A DNA stretch of 63,720 nt, filler included, from Rhabdomonas costata (lineage: Eukaryota), in assembly GCA_019059605.1 (NCBI GenBank). It is 36 parts of 36 records of this genome, joined end to end, with 100 filler letters (N's around TTAATTAATTAA, not from the genome) between each part and the next. Parts side by side here need not be neighbours in the genome. Positions count along the whole stretch, not along the records: positions 62,049 to 63,720 come from JAHMHO010010909.1; 35 more parts are not named here. One strand, given 5' to 3'. Positions 62,442 through 63,720 of the stretch are shown here, piece after piece. The position numbers were made by a program, and so were the translations under genes. The number at the start of each line of letters is the position of its first letter. The first letter of the stretch is position 1. The notes beneath the pieces were generated by a model that was given only the letters and a program-made list of their open reading frames with translations, searched no databases and had not been told where the DNA came from.

Positions 62442-63185
62442 TCATGGCGAGTTCACGTCCACCTTCCCCGGGGACATCGGTGGGCACTTCTCAAAGTGCT
62501 CCGCTATCCGCTCGCACACCCCATGCGTCCAGAACTTGTCCGCAAGGGTCGCCTCCAGCCCAAAGTACGACGTCAGTACCACACACAACCCGAACGCCAC
62601 CCAGAACTCCACCGCAGTGAAGCATATCCAGATCAGCACCAGGGTCATCACGCCCGTCGCGAGGATCCCGGCGATCAGCGTCGTCCAGTTCAGTAGAACC
62701 AGCCGGTTCAACTTCCACATGAACACCGGGATCTCTGCATCTCGCCGAACCATGTTGTACTGCGTGCTCACCACAGTGCCAGCGCAGATGGACAGCATGT
62801 ACAGCACAACCGAAAGGAAGGCGGAGTAGAAGAACACTCGGACAACCGGGGAATCGGAGGAGGGCGGGGAGCTGTCTGAGAAGGACGCGAACCCTGGCGG
62901 GTTCAGCAGCAGCGCCGCGGCGATGGTGAGGAGGAGGGCGGAGACCAGCATGGTCGTGGCCAGGCCGTTGAGGAAGTTGTTGTGCTCGTGTTGACTGAGC
63001 GCGAACTGGACCACGCGCGCCCGAAGCTCTTTGTACTTCGGACTTTTCTGCAGGGTGTGCATGGGGACCTGGAGCACAAACGAGGCCACCTCCATGGCCT
63101 CTCGGTACCGGGGCTCGAACCTCTGGTTTATCGTGGGCAGTATTATGGGCTCATTGGTGCTCGCTTCGACGTAAACTCGTGCCAT
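62442..63185 (-). CDS. Four-TM membrane protein with a PGG-like domain, 247 aa, intronless
   Basis: TTMLVSALLLTIAAALLLNPPG...VFFYSAFLSVVLYMLSI resembles the PGG domain (LVVATLIATVTFAAGFTPPGG...F). Four hydrophobic segments and coding-like GC-rich codon use. Confidence 0.7.
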   Translation of the reverse strand: MARVYVEASTNEPIILPTINQRFEPRYREAMEVASFVLQVPMHTLQKSPKYKELRARVVQFALSQHEHNNFLNGLATTMLVSALLLTIAAALLLNPPGFASFSDSSPPSSDSPVVRVFFYSAFLSVVLYMLSICAGTVVSTQYNMVRRDAEIPVFMWKLNRLVLLNWTTLIAGILATGVMTLVLIWICFTAVEFWVAFGLCVVLTSYFGLEATLADKFWTHGVCERIAEHFEKCPPMSPGKVDVNSP

Positions 63186-63720
63186 ACGAAAAGGTGGAGG
63201 TGATGGTAGAAGAAAATGCTAGAGGAGGGCTAAAAAAAAGAATGCCGGTTCACTCATCAGAAATATTCACCCAAGTGAATAGTGCCAGAATCACGGGAGG
63301 AATGGCCCTAGGGACCTAGGACGCGAAGTCACCGCCCTCAAAAATTAATTCCGCCCAACACAATAACCTAACCTTGCCGCCGGGGCCGTCTCCAGAAGGA
63401 CTGAAAGAGCGGTTAATGGAACGAAAGTGCACGGAAAATCCTGAATAATGGCCATATTGAAGCACAAATGCGCAACAATTCCTACTAAATTGCCTCTTCC
63501 TCTTTGATATCGCCCTCAAAATAGGTCGGAGCTAGGGGCTTCCGTACTGGGCACCTAGCCTCGGAGGGACCTCCCGCGTCACACCCGCTCCCTTTTCACC
63601 GGGACAGGGTGGACCACAATACCTCTATATACTCAGTTTGCTCATAGGCTCTATATGGGTCACTCACGTTGCCCTCGCCTGGAGGGCACAACCCCGCAAC
63701 CGCCCGTCCCTCTCCCCACA

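Overview
This window is not one locus. It is 36 unrelated contigs of about 1.66-1.69 kb, joined by artificial 100-nt spacers (44 N + TTAATTAATTAA + 44 N), so adjacency between contigs carries no meaning. The DNA is from an intron-rich eukaryote: GC-rich short exons, mostly GT-AG introns with an unusual GTRYGY donor, and a TTAGGG array. A euglenozoan, probably a euglenid, is my inference and is not proven. Many contig ends carry G/T-only primer remnants and fold-back inverted copies, typical of GenomePlex-type whole-genome amplification. Splicing exons by eye recovers one complete two-exon MED31 gene plus fragments of: a MAP2K, a TBC RabGAP, three F-box proteins, an insulysin-like M16 peptidase, an FNR-type oxidoreductase, a HECT E3 ligase, an ERGIC3/Erv46-family protein, a DUF1971/YeaR protein, a hemerythrin-domain protein, a Cache-domain receptor, an acyl-CoA synthetase, a metallo-beta-lactamase, an ankyrin protein, VPS35L, a J-like protein, a TSP1-repeat protein, a Yippee-like protein, RME-8 and a PGG-like membrane protein. 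The most notable items are an apparent GA-AG intron and a GC-AG intron, a decayed multi-copy CCCH-zinc-finger element inside introns, an interstitial telomere array framed by three palindromic motifs, a stand-alone bacterial-type DUF1971 protein with a presequence, and a gene with one 29-residue coiled-coil repeat per exon. I found no convincing multi-gene novel system, and the fragmentation would hide one. All family calls come from recalled motifs, not database searches.
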